A DNA stretch of 11,193 bases. It comes from Planctomycetota bacterium (GTDB lineage: Bacteria; Planctomycetota; PLA2; JAEUHO01). Positions 9,464-11,193 of this stretch are shown in pieces (position 1 is the first letter of the stretch; each line of letters starts with the position of its first letter). A program made the translations under genes and the position numbers. Location: NCBI GenBank assembly GCA_050248855.1, contig JBFWRP010000053.1, positions 1 to 11,193 on the forward strand, written 5' to 3'. The notes beneath the pieces are model-generated. The model had not been told where the DNA came from, ran no database searches, and saw nothing but the letters and a program-made list of their open reading frames with translations.

Positions 9464-9685
9464 ATGCAGCGCCAGCCGCACGTCCTCCTCGCCGTAGCCG
9501 GAGCGTTCTTCTTCGTGGTCGCCGTCGACTACCTGCTCGGTCGCGACTGGGGCTTCGGGCTGGCGTGGGCAGCTGGCGGTGCCCTCATGACCCTTGCCGC
9601 GCTCATCTCGCGCCGCAAGGCCCGCGAGCGGGCACGCTCGCTTCTCGCGAAGGAAGCAGGAGCAACCCCTCCCGCCGCACCCTGA
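9464..9685 (+). CDS. Small two-TM membrane protein (73 aa)
   Basis: Two hydrophobic helices (VLLAVAGAFFFVVAV; FGLAWAAGGALMTLAALI) and a basic tail. ATG 9464 is preferred over 9371 because the extension is low-complexity and TACCGT lies 7 nt upstream. Confidence 0.7.
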   Translation: MQRQPHVLLAVAGAFFFVVAVDYLLGRDWGFGLAWAAGGALMTLAALISRRKARERARSLLAKEAGATPPAAP

Positions 9686-9692
9686 CGGGCAG

Positions 9693-10631
9693 TCAAGGGC
9701 CCGGGGCGTCGCGCCGCACCAAGCTCGCGAGCAGGTAGCGGAAGGCGCGCGTCGAGCTGGGTCGCCTGCGCCACCACGCCCACAGATGGGGACGGGCCGA
9801 GCGCCAGCGTCCGGCGCGCACGTGCAGCAGCGCGCGGCGACGGGCGATCTGGCGCAACACACCCCGCGGGTTGCTCGCGTGTGCGGCGTAGCGCTCGAGG
9901 ATGTGCAGGTGGTCCAACGCGACAGCGGTTCCGTCGGACGTCTTCTGCTTCGTGTCGGCGCCGCTCCCCTCGTGCTTGCGCCACGTGGACAGCACCGCGG
10001 GGTTCTCGACGAGCCGGTGCCCGGCCAGGTGGAAGCGGAAGAGGAACTCCGTGTCCTCGCTGACCCGGTACTCGCGGGAGAAGCGCAGCGCCCGGGCCAC
10101 ACCGGTTCGGAGCATCAGCGAGGACGGCAATCCCCACGCGCCCTCGAGCATGGCGTCGAGCGAGTCAGGCGTCTTCCACGAGCTGCGCGAGAAGACCGTG
10201 GGCTCCTTGCGGTGCCAGCTGCCATCGAAGCGGGCATCGCAAAGGACGGCGGCCGCTTCGGGGTGTTCGGCCGCGACGGCCAGCTGTCCTTCGAGGTAGC
10301 CCGGGAGCCAGATGTCGTCGTCGTCCAGGAACGCCAGCCACGGCGCACGGGCCTCGTCGATGCCGCGGTTGCGCGCGGCGGCCGTGCCCCCGTTCGCCTG
10401 GCGCACGATGCGCAGACGCGGATCGCGGCCGAAGGCCTGCTCCACGACGTCCGCGGTCCCATCCGTCGAGCCGTCATCGACGACGACCAGCTCGAACCGC
10501 GGTTCGGTTTGCTCCAGGACCGAGCGGATGGCCTCCTGGACCAGCGTGGGGCGGTTGTAGACGGGCACGACGACCGTCACGAGCGCGCGGTCGTCCTGCG
10601 AGGGCAACGGCTGCGGGTCGTCCACGTCCAC
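9693..10631 (-). CDS. Glycosyltransferase family 2 (GT-A fold), about 312 aa
   Basis: VTVVVPVYN, ELVVVDDGSTDGT, NGGTAAARNRG, WLAFLDDDD (DxD), SEDTEF motifs. Start probably GTG 10631 (or 10625), just after the upstream gene's stop. Confidence 0.93.
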   Translation of the reverse strand: MDVDDPQPLPSQDDRALVTVVVPVYNRPTLVQEAIRSVLEQTEPRFELVVVDDGSTDGTADVVEQAFGRDPRLRIVRQANGGTAAARNRGIDEARAPWLAFLDDDDIWLPGYLEGQLAVAAEHPEAAAVLCDARFDGSWHRKEPTVFSRSSWKTPDSLDAMLEGAWGLPSSLMLRTGVARALRFSREYRVSEDTEFLFRFHLAGHRLVENPAVLSTWRKHEGSGADTKQKTSDGTAVALDHLHILERYAAHASNPRGVLRQIARRRALLHVRAGRWRSARPHLWAWWRRRPSSTRAFRYLLASLVRRDAPGP

Positions 10632-10639
10632 CCGCTCGG

Positions 10640-10849
10640 CTAGCCGCGCGTGCGAGGGCCCTGACGCCGCTTGCCCTCGCCGGGCATGGCGCGGTCGGAG
10701 CGCCGCGGCCGGTTGGGGCCGCGGCCCGTCTCGTTGGCCTCGCGCCGGGCATCCTTGCGCTCGGGCTTGGTGCCCTTGCCTGCGCGCTCCTCGCGCGTGG
10801 ACTTGGGCTTGGTCGCGGGCTTCTTCGCGCTCTTCTTCTTGGCTGCCAT
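10640..10849 (-). CDS. Small Lys/Arg-rich basic protein (69 aa)
   Basis: AAGGAGG 6 nt before ATG 10849. MAAKKKSAKKPATKPKSTREERAGKG... is encoded largely with AAG codons. Stop lies 8 nt before the GT2 start. Confidence 0.75.
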   Translation of the reverse strand: MAAKKKSAKKPATKPKSTREERAGKGTKPERKDARREANETGRGPNRPRRSDRAMPGEGKRRQGPRTRG

Positions 10850-10884
10850 GGTGCACCTCCTTCGGCGCGCTGTTGCCGGGCCCC

Positions 10885-10890
10885 AGTCTA
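10885..10890 (-). promoter_or_regulatory. Candidate -10 element TAGACT for the basic protein/GT2 unit
   Basis: TANNNT on the minus strand, 35 nt upstream of ATG 10849. Confidence 0.4.
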
Positions 10891-11193
10891 CGCGTCCCTC
10901 CCCGCACGCCCGGACTCTTGCGGTGGTCGTACGGGAGGCCGGGGCAGCTCGCGCTTGCCTGCCGAGAGGACGTCGCGAACGGTGAGCCGGGACACCTGGA
11001 GGCGCACCCCCCTCTGGTGGCCTCTCCCAGGAGTCGGGCACCTGGGCGAGGCCCGCCGCTCCTGCCTTGTCAGTTCGTCATGGCTGCGGCACCCCCTCCA
11101 ATGAAACGGGGGTCGGCTCGACTATCCTGCCCGCGTCGGACGGCGCAGAGGTCGGCAGTTCCTTGGTGCGAACAGCCCGTGTGTCAGTTGGAC

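Noticed and set aside
10632..10907. N-terminal extension of the GT2 ORF to 10907
   Set aside because: Overlaps the better-supported small basic gene with a strong RBS; the GT2 domain begins shortly after GTG 10631.

Overview
GC-rich bacterial DNA (roughly 70% GC by eye; gene style suggests Planctomycetota or Myxococcota, which is inference). The window opens inside a hybrid sensor histidine kinase (GAF tail, coiled coil, HisKA, HATPase, three receivers). A decayed region follows, then mostly orphan envelope genes: a DUF1871-like protein, a secreted protein, a 784-aa carboxypeptidase-regulatory-like repeat protein, two lipoproteins and two membrane proteins. It ends with a GT2 glycosyltransferase and a small basic protein. 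The most unusual feature is a non-coding element of about 200 bp present twice in direct orientation (2858-3055 and 4484-4673; 175/190 aligned bases identical plus an 8-bp indel, hand count). It is a chain of about six palindromes or inverted repeats, sits between divergent reading frames both times, and brackets a convergent two-gene unit. No transposase, integrase or cas gene is visible. I do not recognise the element's family; it could be a structured ncRNA, a non-autonomous mobile element, a recombination site or a portable regulatory module.
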